Origin: Prorocentrum cordatum
Taxonomy: Eukaryota
Direction: 5' to 3'
Length of the DNA stretch: 64,000 nucleotides
NCBI GenBank assembly: GCA_963575745.1
Contig: CAUYUJ010000001.1
Span: forward strand, 2,542,001-2,606,000
This document shows positions 17,150 through 31,479 of this stretch, piece after piece; the first letter of the stretch is position 1, and the number at the start of each line of letters is the position of its first letter. Below the pieces are notes generated by a model. That model saw only the letters and a list, made by a program, of their open reading frames with translations, ran no database searches and was not told where the DNA came from. The translations under genes were made by a program, and so were the position numbers.

Positions 17150-17600
17150 GCCGTTCGAATCCTTGCATATGCTGTAGCGAGTTGAAGCGAATTTGCGCGG
17201 AGCTGGGGCGAGAGACGCATTGTCGAAACCGCCCACCCTCCATCCGTGAAGCTCTGCCAAACTTTTAAAACGAATGCGCGCGGAGCTAAAGCGAAAACCA
17301 CATTTTGAAAGCCGCCCAGGCTCCATCTGTGAAGCTCTTGCAAACTTCAAACACGAATGTGCGCTGCGCGAAAGCAAGAACCACATGTTGGAAACCGCCC
17401 GCCCTGCATCCGTGATGCTCTTCCTGCGAAATTTGCAAGACGACTGTGAACGGCGCTAAGACGAAAGCCACACGGCCTGCCCTGTGTCCGTGAAAGTCTT
17501 GCGGGCTTTTCAAACAAATGTGCGCGGCGCTGAAGCGAACACCGCATTTTGAAAAACGACCCGCCCGCCATCCGTGAAGCTCCTGCAAATTTAATCTTCA
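17150..17600. repeat. Degenerate ~82-bp tandem repeat (~5 copies)
   Basis: CATCCGTGAAGCTC-like anchor at ~17241, 17324, 17407, 17486 and 17569. Confidence 0.7.
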
Positions 17601-19859
17601 GGATCATAAGTGGCCAGGAAGTCTCAGGGGAAAACGCCCGACCCGCCCTACCGACCCGTCGCGGGTGCGACTTGGAGCAATTATCTCTAAGGAGGAGGGA
17701 TGAAGGTGAGGAGAGGGGGCAAAGAGGAGGAGGAGGAGAAGGAGGAGGAGGAGGAGAGGGGAGGGGGGTGAAGGGAGGCACGACAGGATGGGGGAGGGGG
17801 GAGGAGGGGCGAGAAGGAGCGTGGGCAGTCCTCGGCCCGAGCCTCCGCGGCCTCTAGGCGCCCGGACAGCTCGGTGGTCGCCTGCTGGTCGCCGCCGCCG
17901 CTCGCGAGACATTGCGGTCATTGTCGTGGACGACGCCAGTGTCTGCGCCAGTGTCGACATCGTCGAAGTCTTCGTCAGATCGTTATTTGTCGTCGTTGAC
18001 GTCGAGGTCGTTGTCTTCCTTCCTCCCTTCCTCCCTCGGCCTCTTCGCCCTCTCCCCGTTGCCTCCTCTTCCTCTTCCGCTTCCTCTTCCTCTTCCTCCG
18101 CCCCCTCTCCCTCTTCCTCCGGCTACCCTTCGTCCTCCATCAACGGATTCTCCTGTACCTCCGCCTCTTCCTCACCTTGCTCATCGTTATTTCCCTCCTC
18201 CTCCTCCTTCTCCGCCTCCTCCTCCTCCGCCTCCGCCTCCGCCTCCGCCTCCGCTTCCTCGTCTTCCTCATCCGACCGACCCGCGATCCGCGGGGCTCCA
18301 GCCTTCGCGGCCTCGGTCTGAAGAGCTTGGACCTTCTGGCTGTAGCTCCTGCGCCGCGACTCCCTCTGGAGGGAGCGGCGTCTTGTGTGTCCTCTGTTTC
18401 CCAATACCTTTCTGATATGGGAGCCTGCGCCCGCCCCCACCCCCGAACGAGACCCCCGTGGGTTCCTGGCACCGGGACCCCCCAGACGCCCCTGCAGGTC
18501 CCCATGTGCAGCCCGGGGCTCCTAAAGCCCCTGCTGGGCCTATGCAGCGAGCACAAATCGGTCAGGAGGGCAGCCGAACGGCCCCGCGAGGGCCCACAGA
18601 GGCCCCAGACACGCACCAGACGCCCACCCCCCTTACTAGGCTTTCGAAGCGCAGAAAATCAGAGTGAGGCCGAGCGGTCCTTCACTGTCCCTGGATGCGT
18701 GGCTACATGGGGCTTCCAAGGTGCGGATGGAAATCTCATTTCCTAAAAATGAATTCCAATTATTCTTGATCCCCCCTCTGGTAACATTGTAATTGTTTTC
18801 CATTTAAATGCTCCTTCGGGGGCTGGCGCCCTGTTTGTTTACAAAGGACAATGTGGGGTCACCAAGCTGCGCCCCTGGCTCCCGGTCTGCAACAACAGCG
18901 GTTCCCGGCTGATACTTCCGTACAAGGTATTACCACATCGCGTTCTCGCGCGGGACTTCCTCACAACTTATGCAGGAATCGCGCAACTCATTCAGACGCC
19001 ACGCCTTCGACACTCAGGAGTCACCTCTCGCTTTGGTTTTCTGACGATTTATTGGGGAATCGCGCTATCGATCGACACTTCCTCGCGATTCATGCAGGAC
19101 GCACGCTTCAACAACCCGCCTGCTCGACCTGGCCGCCTGAACCCGCCTTCGTTCCCGACGCGCCCGTTAGGGTCTACCCGCCCGATCTGCCTGTCTGGCT
19201 CTGCCAGATTCTTTCTGCTCCCAGACCCCCTCCTCCTTCCCCCTGGTTCCTTCCTTCCGTCCGTCTCTTCCCCTGATTTAGGGGGTGCACGAAAGGCGCG
19301 GTTCAGGTTAGAAAGATCTTTACACTCAAGGGGGTACGATCAAAGACGAAGAAGGCGGGTATCGATTGCTTGGGATATACATATTGAAAGACACACGAGC
19401 GGATAAAACGAACAGTCTTACATGAATATTGTAGTCGTCATCGTTGTCGTTGCTAATGTAATTGCGACTATACTTGTAAAAATTGTCGCCACATTCCCAT
19501 TGGATTCTACAAAGCAAATGCGATTTACCCCCCATCCGGTAACCGTTATATTCTTCAACTGAAGTATTTCTCCGGGGGCTCGCACCCTGGTTTTGGACAG
19601 GAAAAGTGACGTGCCGCCAAATTAAAGATGTTCCCCACGTGAACAACAACAAAAACAACGGCAACAACAACAAAGCAAAACAACCTGCTGGTGCACCCGG
19701 ACCGGGTCTTCCAGTTCGCTCTTTCGCTTCACGTATAGAAACATCTCACTGGTGCACCCGGACCCCCCCATCACCCCCCGCAGCGCAACGCAACACGGTT
19801 GCCGGTGCAGCCTTGGTTGCGTTGCGTTGCGTTGCGGGGGGGGGCGGAGCTGGATACTC

Positions 19860-20810
19860 CTCTGTAAGGGATCCTCAGGAAGGAATCCGGAGGAATCTCT
19901 AGGGAATCCATAAGGCTTCCTTTGGAATCCTAGGATTGCCTTAGGAACCCTTAGCACTCCCTAGTGTATCCTCAAGACTCCCGAAGGCACCTTTAGCTCT
20001 CCCTGAGGAATCCTTCGCTATCCCTACGGAATCCTCGGCACTTCCTACGGAATCCTTCGCACTCCCTAAAAAATCCTTTGCACTCCCTACGGGATCCTGA
20101 GGCCTCCCTACGGAATCCTGAACACTCCCTGGGAATCCTTCTCCCTACGGAATCCTTAGGAACCCCTAGGAAATCCTTAGGAATCCCTCCGGAATGCTCA
20201 AGGAATCTTCAAGAATCATCAGGGAACCCCTCGGAATCCCAAGGGGATCCTTAGAGAATCCTCTGCACTCCCTGAGGGATCCTTAGCAACCCCTAAGAAA
20301 TCCTCATCACTCCCTTGGGAACCCATCGGAAGCACCAAGAAACCTTTAGGAATTCTTAGGGTATCCGTAAGGCAATCCATAGGAATCCCGGAGGAATCCT
20401 TAGGAATCCCTTCGGGAATCCTTAGGGATCCTCTTGGATCTCTCATAGGAGTCCTCAAGAATCCCTATGGCATCCTTTGGGGATCCTCAGCAATCCTTAA
20501 GGGATCCTACAGAAACCCCCAAAGAATCTTTAGAATCCTCTAGGGAGTTCATGGGAAACCGTGGGGAATTAGGTCAGGACGAATCCCTTTGGGAATTCTT
20601 TCCGGGAGTTCTCACGAATCCCTGAGTCATCCTAAGGAGGGTCCCCAGGGATTCCTTAGGAATCGCTGAGGAATCCTTAATTAGGAGGGCCTCTGTGGGA
20701 CACCGTAGGGAATCTTTCAGACGTTTTCAAAAATCCTTAGGAGTCCCCCGGGCATCCGTAGGATTTCCTTCAAAACCAGGAGGCATCCTTCAAAAGTTTC
20801 CAGGAATGCA
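19860..20810. repeat. Degenerate GGAATCCT/TAGG simple-repeat tract
   Basis: Dense recurrence of GGAATCC(T) and CTTAGG at roughly 10-20 bp spacing. Confidence 0.8.
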
Positions 20811-20829
20811 TCGGACATCGGTCGAAGTA

Positions 20830-21044
20830 GTTATAGTAGCAGAAAATACGAATAGAAGTAATACTAATCGTCGTCGTAGTCGTTGTCGTCGTCGTAAAAA
20901 TAGTAGTGTCAATATTGTTATTGTTATTGTTGTTAATATTATTAGTAGTAGAAGTAATCAGGGTCGTAGTAATAGTCGTAATAGTAGTAGTAGTAGTAGT
21001 AGTAGTCGTTGTAGAAGTAGTAGTAGTAGTAGTAGTCGTATTAA

Positions 21045-21085
<41 letters not shown>

Positions 21086-21341
21086 ATAGTCGTGGTAGTT
21101 GCGATGATAGTAGTGGTAGTCGTCGTCGTAGTCGAAATCATAGTGATAGTTGTAAGGCTAATACTAGAAGTAATAGTATTAGTAACTGTAGCAACAATAA
21201 AGGTCGCCGTAGTAGTCGGAGAAGGAGTAGTCGCAGTAGTCGCCATCGTCGAAAATAGTAGTTGTAGTAATAGTAATGGTAGTAGTCGTAGCAACAATAC
21301 GAGTAGTAGTCGTACTAGTAGTAGTAGTAGTAGTAGTAGTC

Positions 21342-21378
<37 letters not shown>

Positions 21379-21910
21379 CAGTGGTAGTAGCAGTAGTAGT
21401 AGTAGTAGTAGTAGTAATAGTAATAGTATTAATAAAGGTAGTTGTAATGGTGGTACTAAGTACTCCTAGTAGTAGTAGTATTAATAATAATCTTAATAGT
21501 AGTAGCAGCCGTCGTTGTAGTGGGCGTAGTAATATCGTAGTCGTACCAGTCGTAGTTGCAATAGCAGGAATAGTGGTAGTAGTCGTAGTAAAAAAAGTAG
21601 CAGTAATACTTGTAGTAACTATCGTAGTCGTGACAGTAGTAGTCGTGAACCTAAAAATAGTGATAGTAGTAGTAATAAAAAGAGTAATATTAATAGTGGT
21701 CGTAGTTTTAGTAGTCGTAGTAGTAGCAGTAGTTGTAGTAGTAGCAAGTGTTGTACTAGCAGTAGTAGCAACAGTAGTAGTGGTAGGCGTAGTAGTGACA
21801 GCAGTCATATGAGTAGTAGCAATCATCGTAGTAATCGTGGGGGAAGTAGTAGTAGTTGTAGCTGGAGTAGTTGTAGTAGTAGTAGTAGTAGTAGTAGTAG
21901 CAGTAGTAGC

Positions 21911-21961
<51 letters not shown>

Positions 21962-21977
21962 CGTAGTAGTCGTAGTC

Positions 21978-22026
<49 letters not shown>

Positions 22027-22315
22027 GTAGTAGTAGCGGTAGTAGTAGTCGTTGTCGTAGTAGTCGTAGGAATGGTCGTCGTGGTTGCAAGAGTAGTAGT
22101 GGTAGAAATAGCAATAATCGTATTATTAGCAGTGGTAGTCGCCGTAATCATAGTATTAGTAGGCATAGTAGTGTTTAGTGGTAATTGCCGTAATCGTGAT
22201 GATGGTAGTAGTAGTACGAATCCTACAAGCCGGAGAAATAGAAATACTAAAGAGAATAATAGTCGCCGTAGAAGTCGTAGTACCAGAAACAATACCCGTG
22301 CTCGTAATAGTCGTA

Positions 22316-22346
<31 letters not shown>

Positions 22347-23028
22347 GCAATAGTTATCGTGGTCGTACGTACGTAATACGTAGTACCGAATACGCAGTAC
22401 GTTTCAGCCCTTCGCTATCTAGTAATAGGTGGGTAGTAGTAGTAGTGGAGTACTCTTAGTAGTCGTAGTATGAATGGAAAAGAAGAAAAAGTAGTAGTTG
22501 TTATGGTAGAAGGTGTGCTGCTGGTAGTAGGTAGTAGTAGTACTAATAAAAATGGTGGCATCAGTAGTAATAATAGCAGTCGTACTAGTAGGAGTAGCAG
22601 TAGTGGTAGTAGTAGCAGCACTAGTGGTAGGAGTGGTAGTAGTAGCAGTAGTAGTGGTAGTAGAAGTAGTAGTGGTAGTAATGATCGGAGTAGTCGTATT
22701 ATTAACACTGATGCCCGTAATAGTAGCAGTAGTAACAGTAGGAGGAGGAGAAATAGTAGTAGTCATGATAGGTATAAAAAGTAAACTGAGAATATTAAAA
22801 GTAGTAACCGTCTCAAACTATGTTGTAATAACATCAGACATGCTACGAATCGCAGAAGTGGTAGTCGTAGCAGTAGTGGTAGAAATCGTAATAGTAGTAG
22901 TAGTAGTAGTATTTGAAATACTCGTACTAGAAGTAATTGTAACAGTAGACGTAATAGCAGTAGTAATAATAATAGTTTAGTGGTCGAAGCAATCGTAATA
23001 GCTGTAGAAGTCGTAGTAGTAGTAGTAA

Positions 23029-23092
<64 letters not shown>

Positions 23093-23170
23093 CGTCGTAG
23101 TTGTAATAGTCGTCGTCGTCGTCGTAGTAGTAGTAGTAGTAGTGCTAGTAGTAGTAATAGTAGTAGTAGC

Positions 23171-23203
<33 letters not shown>

Positions 23204-23366
23204 CGTCGTCGCAAAAGGAGAGCTAAAAGTAGTAATGGTCGCAGTCGTAGAACTAGAACTGAAAATCGTAGCGGTCGTCGTCGTAGTAGTAGTAGTAGTA
23301 GTAGTCGTAGCAGTAGTAGTCGTAGTAGTGAAAATAATCGTGGTAGTGCTAGTAGTAGTAGTAGTA

Positions 23367-23413
<47 letters not shown>

Positions 23414-23442
23414 AGTAGTAGTGGTAGTAGTAGTAGTAGTAA

Positions 23443-23477
<35 letters not shown>

Positions 23478-23545
23478 ATAGTAGTAGTAGTAGTAGTCGT
23501 AGTAGTAGTAGTAGTAGTAGTAGTCGTAGTCGTAGTCGTAGTCGT

Positions 23546-23600
<55 letters not shown>

Positions 23601-23681
23601 TAAGTAGTAGCAGTAGTAGTAGTAGTAGTAGTAGTAGTAGTCGTAGTAGTACTAGCAGTAGTAGTAGTAGTAGTAGTAGTC

Positions 23682-23724
<43 letters not shown>

Positions 23725-23875
23725 TAGTAGTGGTAGTAGTAGTGGTAGTAGTAGTGGTAGTAGTAGTGGTAGTAGTAGTAGTAGTAGTCGTAGTAGTAGT
23801 AGTAGTAGTAGTAGTAGTCGTAGTAGTAGTAGTCGTAGTAGTACTCGCAGTAGTAGTAGTAGTGGTAGTCGTCGC

Positions 23876-23907
<32 letters not shown>

Positions 23908-23933
23908 CAGTAGTGGTAGTAATAGAAGTAGTG

Positions 23934-23966
<33 letters not shown>

Positions 23967-25017
23967 CTAGTCGTAGTAGCCGTAGTAATGGAACTGATAG
24001 CCGTAGCAGTAATAATAATAGTAGTGGTAGTCGTAGTAGTAGCAATGGTAGAACAAGTATTAGTTGCTCTGTCAGAAGGTGTACGGCTCGTAGTACGTAG
24101 TCGTACTAGTAGTATTAGTGGTACCAGTAGTCGTAATAGTAATGAAAGTACAAATGCTAGTAGTAATGGTAGTAGTAGTGGTAGTAGTATCAATATTCGT
24201 AGTAGTAGTAGTAATAATACTAGTCGTAGTAGTAGTCGTAGTAGTAGAAGTAGTAATAGCCATCGGAATAACCGTAGAATTCACACTGATGCCCGTAGTA
24301 ACCGTAGTAGTCGGAGTAGTAGTAGTAGCAGCAGTAGTAGAAGTTATGATATCATACAAATATTCAGACTCGTAGGCATGGTAGGAGAAGTAATAATAGT
24401 AGTAAGGGTAGTCGTAGTCGAACTATAAGTACTAGCAGTCGCAGTTGTAGTAGTAGTATTAGTAGTAGTAGTCGCAGTAGTAGTAGCGATAGTAGTGGTA
24501 GTCGTATCAGTAGCAATAGCAGTAGTAGTAGTAATAGTAGTAGTAGTAGTAGTCGTAGTAGTAATAGTAATCGTAGTGCTAGTAATAATTGGAACCGTAA
24601 TAATAGTCGGAGTTGTGGCAGTCGTAGTAGTAGTGATGATCGTAGCACAAGTAATAGTAGTAGTAGTAGTAGTAATAGTAGTCGCAATCGTAGTAGTCGT
24701 AGTAGTCGTCGTAGTAGTAGTAGTAGTCGTAGTAGTACGAGTACGAGCACTAGTAGCAGTGATATTAAAACTAGAAGTGGAAATGGTGGTGGCCGTAGCC
24801 GTCGTAGTAGTAGTAGTAGTAGTAATAATAGCAGGAGACGTCGTAGTAGTAGTCGTAGTAGTAGTAGTAAGAACAGTTTGTAGTAGTAGTCGTAGTAGTA
24901 GTAGAAGTCCTAGTAGTAGTAGTAGTAGTCGTAGCAGTAGTAGTCGTAGTAGTAGTAGTAGTCGTAGTAGTAGTAGTAGTAGTAGTCGTAATAGTAGTAG
25001 TAATAGTAGTCGTAGTC

Positions 25018-25048
<31 letters not shown>

Positions 25049-25079
25049 AAGTAGTAGTAGAAGTATTAGCAGGAGTGGC

Positions 25080-25117
<38 letters not shown>

Positions 25118-25173
25118 CGGTAGTAGTCGTAGTAGTGGTAGTCGCACTAGTCGTAGTAAGCGTAGTAGTAGTC

Positions 25174-25210
<37 letters not shown>

Positions 25211-25560
25211 TAATAGTAGAAGTAGTAGAAGTAGTCGTAGTAGTAAAGTAGTTGTAGTAGTAGTAGTAGTAATAATAATAGTAGTAGTAGTCGTTGCCGC
25301 CGCCGTAGTAGTAGTAGTAGTAGTAGTAGTAGTCGTAGTAGTAGTAGTAGTAGTAGTAGTTGTAGTAGTAGTAGTAGTAGTAGTGATAGTAGTAGTGGTC
25401 GTAGTCGTATTATTATTATTATTAGTAGTAGTAGTAGTAGTAGTCGTAGTAGTAGTACTACTAGTAGTAGTAGTAGCAGTAGTAGTAGTAGTAGTAGTAG
25501 TCGTAGTAGTAGTAGTAGTAGTAGTAGTAGTGCTAGTAGTAGTGCTACTACAAGTAGGAG
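20830..25560. repeat. ~4.7-kb degenerate (TAG/TCG/TAA)n microsatellite
   Basis: Direct reading; it explains the poly-V/S/T/L/Y ORFs. Confidence 0.97.
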
Positions 25561-27454
25561 TAGGGACGCACAGGGACGCCACGACGGTTGCGTCCTCCTC
25601 CTCCTCCTCTTGTTCCTCCTGCTGGTCTTCTTCCATCTTCTGCTACACTCCTCCTCCCCTGCGTCCGTTGCGTTGCGTTGCGCCTGGGGGGGGTGGGGGG
25701 GAGGGTCCGTTGCGTTGTGTCGAGTTGCGCTTGGGGAGGGGGAGGGGGCGCCAACGAGTGGTTTCGTCAACAACAACAACATCAAGTATTGGTTTAAGAC
25801 TGTTCGCTCCTATCTGCTCACGTGCCAATCGATACGTATATTCCAGGCCCTCGGTACCCGCCCTCGTCGTCTTCGATCGTACCCCCTTGGGGGTATCTCT
25901 TCCTTACCTGCCACGTGCAATTACTGCAGCCTCTAAGACAGACGAGGAGAAAACGGGTGGAAAGGGGGAGGGGTAATAATGGAGCACTAGAGAAATTTGC
26001 AGGACAAGGGGGCAAGGAGCAGAAAACAAGTGATATAACCAGACGGGCAGATCGGGTGGGCAGACCCATAGCAGGCAAATCGGGAAAGCGGGTCCAGGCG
26101 ACCACGTCGAGCAGGCGGGTTGGTGAAGCGTGGGTCCTGCGTGAACCGCAAAGAATTCTCCAGCGATCGTGCGCTTTCCAAGTAAATCGTGAGAAAAGCC
26201 AAAGCGAGAACGTGATTCCTAAGCGCCGAGGGCGCATCGTTTGAATAAATTGCGAGGGAGTCCCAAGCGAGAGTGCGATCCGTTTACAAAGTGTGAAAAA
26301 GTCCTGCGCGAGAGCGCGATCTGGGAGTAACTTGTGAGGAAATGTCAGGCGGGAACCGCTGTTGTTGCAAACCGGGGGCCAACCACATAGTTTGAACCCC
26401 CTGATAGAAAAACAAGGTGCGAGCCCCGAGGGAAACACTTCAATTGAAACATACAGTGGTCACCGGGGGGGGATAAACTATACTCATTCTGTAATAACCA
26501 TAACTCAACAACAACAGCAAAAACAACAATCACAATCATTTTAATACAATTCGCTCTTACTGGCACGCGCGTCTTGCATTCCATATACCCCAACCCTCGA
26601 TACTCGCCCATGTCGTCTCCCATTGCACCCTCTTTCGGGGGGAATCTCTTCCTTGTCGGCCACTGACTGAGGACGGATGGGTCCTCGAGCGAGAGCGCCG
26701 TTCCTGAGCTCGGGGGCCTCTGTGGCCAGGGGCTCTCGGAAGTTCCATGGAAAGATATCGAAGGAGAGCCCTTGTCGCCGTGTCCGGGCCTCCACCAACT
26801 TGCCCGAATTAGAGAAGTTCTCGAGCGAGAGCGCCGTTCTTGAGTTCGGGGGCCTTCTTGGCCGGGGGCTCTCGGAGTAAATCGCGAGGGGGTATCGAGC
26901 ACGAGCCCTTGTCGTCGTGGCTGGGCCTCCGCCGACCTGACTGACTTGCGAAGAAGCAGTTCCTGAGTTCGGGAGCCTCTCTGGACAGGGTGTCAAGCCA
27001 ACGCTCGAGCGGGAGCCTCGCTTCCAGAGAAAATGTAGCTGGCGTCGAGGCGAGAGCGCGCGGAAACGTTTCCGGAGATCAGCAATCATTATTCTTGAGA
27101 AATGAATATTCAACAACAACAACAATCAAGTTAAGACTGTTCTCCCTGATCTGCTCGAGTGTCCAATCATGCGTATTGCCCAAACCCTCGATACCCGCCC
27201 TCTTCGTCTTCGATCGAACCCCTTTTATGGGGTATACCTTTCTTCCCTGCAGGCCGGGCCCCGGCAAGCGGCGGGGCGGCCGCGGACCGTCGGCCTGGCC
27301 AGTGGCAGCGCTGATCGGCGGGGCGACCGCGGACCGTCGACCCGACCCCAAGAGGGGCGGACAGGGGACCGACCACGACGACGACGACGACGACGACGAC
27401 GACGTCGGCGACGACGGCGACGACGACGAGCGAAAGCGAGAGAGAACGACAGCA

Positions 27455-28200
27455 GGGCCACAAGGACACGAAGCAGACCACGAAGGGCGACAGCGGGGAC
27501 ACGAAGGGAATGCGTATGGGGCCACGAAGAGCGCGAACGAGCGGGGGCCACGAAGGGCAGATAATGCGGGGCCACAGAAGGCAACGATGGGGCCACTGAG
27601 GGTAGAAACTGGGCCACGTAGGACAGTGAGGGGGCCACAAACGGCGACAGCGGGGCCACGAAGGGCACGCACATGGGGCCACAACGGGCGCGAACGAGCG
27701 GGGGCCACGAAGGGCATACGTATACTGGGCCGCGGAAGGCAAGGACGGGGCCACTGAGGGCAGCAACGAGGCCACGAAGGGCAGCGAGGGGGCCACGAAG
27801 GGCGACAGCGGGGCCACTGAGGGCATGCATATGGGGCCACCGCGGGCGCGAACGAGCGGGTTCCACGAAGGGTATACATGTACGGGGCCACGAAGGGCTG
27901 CGACGGGGCCACGAAGGGATGCAACGGGGCCACGAATGGCAGCGAGGGGGCCACGAAGGGCTGCAACGGGTCCACGAAGGGCCGCGACGGGGCCACGAAA
28001 GGCTGCAACGGGGCAGCAAAACAAACCGAGGGGGGCCACGAAGGGCTGCAACGGGACCACGAAGGGCAGCGAGGAGGCCACGAGGGGCTGCAACGGGGCC
28101 ACGAAGGGCAACGAGGAGGCCACGAAGGGCTGCGACGGGGACACGGAACAAAGCGAGGGGACCACGAAAGGTTGCAACGGGGCCACGAAGGGCAGCGAGA
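27455..28200. repeat. GGGGCCACGAAGGG minisatellite (~20-bp degenerate unit)
   Basis: Direct reading; a second copy lies at ~33885-34115. Confidence 0.85.
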
Positions 28201-28949
28201 TCCCGATTCGTAGGTAATATGTGAGGGGGTCCTAAGCGTGAGCACGACTCCTCGATGCCTGGGTGTCGGGAGCGCGGCGCTTGAGTACATTGCAAGAAAT
28301 TCCAACGCAAGGGCGCTATTAGCCTCCAGCGCGAGCGCGACTCCAGAGCGCCGGGAAAGCGATTCCGGAATAAATTGTAAGGGAGTCCCAAGCGAGAGCG
28401 CGACTCCTGAATCAAATGCGAGGATGTCTCGGGCGGGAGCGGGGGTCCTGTCTAAAGTGTGAAGACGTCTCAAGCGGGAGCCGTTGTTGTTGTGATCCGG
28501 GGGCCGGGGGCGCAGTTTGAGCCTCAAGACTTTCCCTGGTAACAAAACAGGGTGCGAACGTCGAAGGGCACAGATTGATTGAAAAAACAGTATGCGCCGC
28601 ACCGGTGGGGGGATCAATAATAATTATTCTTCAGAAACGAAAACTCAACAAGAACAACAACGATCATTCTAAGACTGGTCGCTATTACTTGCCCGTGTGT
28701 CATTCAAAGCGAGTCCCCCACACCCTCGATACCCGCCCTGTTTGTCTTCGATCACACACCCTCTGGGGGGATTCATTCTCTTTGCGGACAATCCTTCATG
28801 GGCGTACATGTACCCGCCATTGGAATTGGTGTGGGCCCTGCAAAAAGAAGAGGGGGAAAACGAGGGAGAGCGGGAGGAAGGGAGGGGAGGCACGAAGGAA
28901 GAGGGAAAACGCCAGGAGAGAAGGAACGAAGATGGGGGCGGTTGATTAG

Positions 28950-29250
28950 AGGCAGAGAGAGAAAGAAAGAGAAAGAGAGAGAGAGAGAGGGAGAGATAGA
29001 GAAAGAGAAATAGAGAGAGAGAGAGAGGAAGACAGATAAAAGAGATAAATATTGAGAAAGAGAGAGGGGATAGAGAGAGAAAGAAAGAAAGAAAGAGGGA
29101 GGGAGGAGGCAGGAGAGGGGAGGGAGAAGGGAGGAGGGAGAGGAGGGAGAGGGGATAGGGCAGAGAGGCATAAGGATGAGGGAAGAAAGGAGGGAGGAAA
29201 AAGGAGGAGAGGAGGAAGGAGGGAAAGGGAGGAGGAGAAGCAAGAAGGTA
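28950..29250. repeat. Polypurine (GA/GGA) tract
   Basis: Direct reading. Confidence 0.9.
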
Positions 29251-29821
29251 AGAGCGTGAACGTCCGAGGCAGTCCTAGGCGAAAGCGCCGTTCCTGAAGG
29301 AAGCCTCGGGTGGAAACCCACGACGGGCGGGCGATCCCCTGACGGGCGGGTCGGGCGGGTGGGACATTCAACCGGGATGCCTGAGTATGGCGAGAGCGCG
29401 ATTACTAAGTAAATTGTAGCGGCGTCCTTGGCGCAGCGTGCTGCCTGAGCGTCGAAATTGCGATTTCTGAATACATTGCATGGAAGTCACAGGCGAGAGC
29501 GCAATTCCTGAATCAAATGTGAAGGGTTTTTCCCCACATGCTTCGTGGGGTTATGGTTTTCTTCCCTGCCGCGCCGCGCCCGCGTCTCCCCCACACCCGC
29601 CCTCCTCCCCTCCTCCTCCTCCTCCTCCTCCTCCTCCTCCTCCTCCTCCTCCTCCTCCTCCTCCTCCTCAGCACAGCGCAGCATAGCACAGCAGACCGCA
29701 GCACAGCATAGGACAGCACAGCACAGCTCAGCAGAGCACAGCACAGCACGTCTCGGCGACACGCGTCTACATACAGCCGCACGCATGCACACACTCGCAC
29801 ACACAAGACGACACCAGTCCT

Positions 29822-31419
29822 GGCATAGCAGGCGTGGCACTTTCTCGACACCATGGGGGGTGCGCAGGGGGTGGTCTCTCGCTGCGGTCTCTATACGCGC
29901 CCGGTCGTCCGTGGCATAGCAGGCGTGGCACTTTCTCGACACCATAGGGGGTGCGCAGGGGGTGGTCTCTCGCTGCGGTCTCTATACGCGCCGGTCGTCC
30001 AGGCATAGCAGGCGTGGCACTTTCTCGACACCATAGGGGGTGCGCAGGGGGTGGTCTCTCGCTGCGGTCTCTATACGCGCCGGTCGTCCAGGCATAGCAG
30101 GCGTGGCACTTTCTCGACACCATAGGGGGTGCGCAGGGGGTGGTCTCTCGCTGCGGTCTCTATACGCGCCGGTCGTCCAGGCATAGCAGGCGTGGCACTT
30201 TCTCGACACCATAGGGGGTGCGCAGGGGGTGGTCTCTCGCTGCGGTCTCTATACGCGCCGGTCGTCCAGGCATAGCAGGCGTGGCACTTTCTCGACACCA
30301 AGGGGGTGCGCAGGGGGTGGTCTCTCGCTGCGGTCTCTATACGCGCCGGTCGTCCAGGCATAGCAGGCGTGGCACTTTCTCGACACCATAGGGGGTGCGC
30401 AGGGGGTGGTCTCTCGCTGCGGTCTCTATACGCGCCGGTCGTCCAGGCATAGCAGGCGTGGCACTTTCTCGACACCATAGGGGGTGCGCAGGGGGTGGTC
30501 TCTCGCTGCGGTCTCTATACGCGCCGGTCGTCCAGGCATAGCAGGCGTGGCACTTTCTCGACACCATAGGGGGTGCGCAGGGGGTGGTCTCTCGCTGCGG
30601 TCTCTATACGCGCCGGTCGTCCAGGCATAGCAGGCGTGGCACTTTCTCGACACCATAGGGGGTGCGCAGGGGGTGGTCTCTCGCTGCGGTCTCTATACGC
30701 GCCGGTCGTCCAGGCATAGCAGGCGTGGCACTTTCTCGACACCATAGGGGGTGCGCAGGGGGTGGTCCCTGAGCGCGGCTGCTATACGCGCCGGTCGTCC
30801 AGGCATAGCAGGCGTGGCACTTTCTCGACACCAGAGGGGGTGCGCAGGGGGTGGTCCCCGAGCGCGGCTGCTATACGCGCCGGTCGTCCAGGCATAGCAG
30901 GCGTGGCACTTTCTCGACACCAGAGGGGGTGCGCAGGGGGTGGTCCCTGAGCGCGCGGCTGCTATACGCGCCGGTCGTCCAGGCATAGCAGGCGTGGCAC
31001 TTTCTCGACACCATAGGGGGTGCGCAGGGGGTGGTCCCTGAGCGCGGCCGCTATGCACGACGGTCGTCCAGGCACAGCAGGCGTGGCACTTTCTCGACAC
31101 CAGAGGGGGGCGCAGGAGGTGGTCCCTGAGCTCGGCCGCTATGCGCGACGGTCGTCCAGGCACAGCAGGCGTGGCACTTTCTCGACACCAGAGGGGGGCG
31201 CAGGGGGTGGTCCCTGAGCGCGGCCGCTATGCGCGCCGGTCGTCCAGGCATAGCAGGCGTGGCACTTTCTCGACACCAGAGGGGGTGCGCAGGGGGTGGT
31301 CCCTGAGCGCGGCCGCTATGCACGACGGTCGTCCAGGCACAGCAGGCGTGGCACTTTCTCGACACCAGAGGGGGGCGCAGGAGGTGGTCCCTGAGCTCGG
31401 CCGCTATGCACGATGGTCC
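29822..31419. repeat. 89-bp tandem satellite, 18 copies
   Basis: Unit GGCATAGCAGGCGTGGCACTTTCTCGACACCATAGGGGGTGCGCAGGGGGTGGTCTCTCGCTGCGGTCTCTATACGCGCCGGTCGTCCA starts at 30002, 30091, 30180 and so on; no unique spacers. Confidence 0.97.
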
Positions 31420-31479
31420 TCCTCCCTTCTCTCCTCTTCTTCCTCCTCCTCCTCCTTGCCCTCTACCTCCTCTCCAGGA

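Noticed and set aside
20695..25976. Long poly-T/V/L/S ORFs (mucin-like)
   Set aside because: They are translations of a (TAG)n microsatellite.
29822..31419. CRISPR-like array
   Set aside because: The units are contiguous with no unique spacers, there are no cas genes, and the context is eukaryotic.
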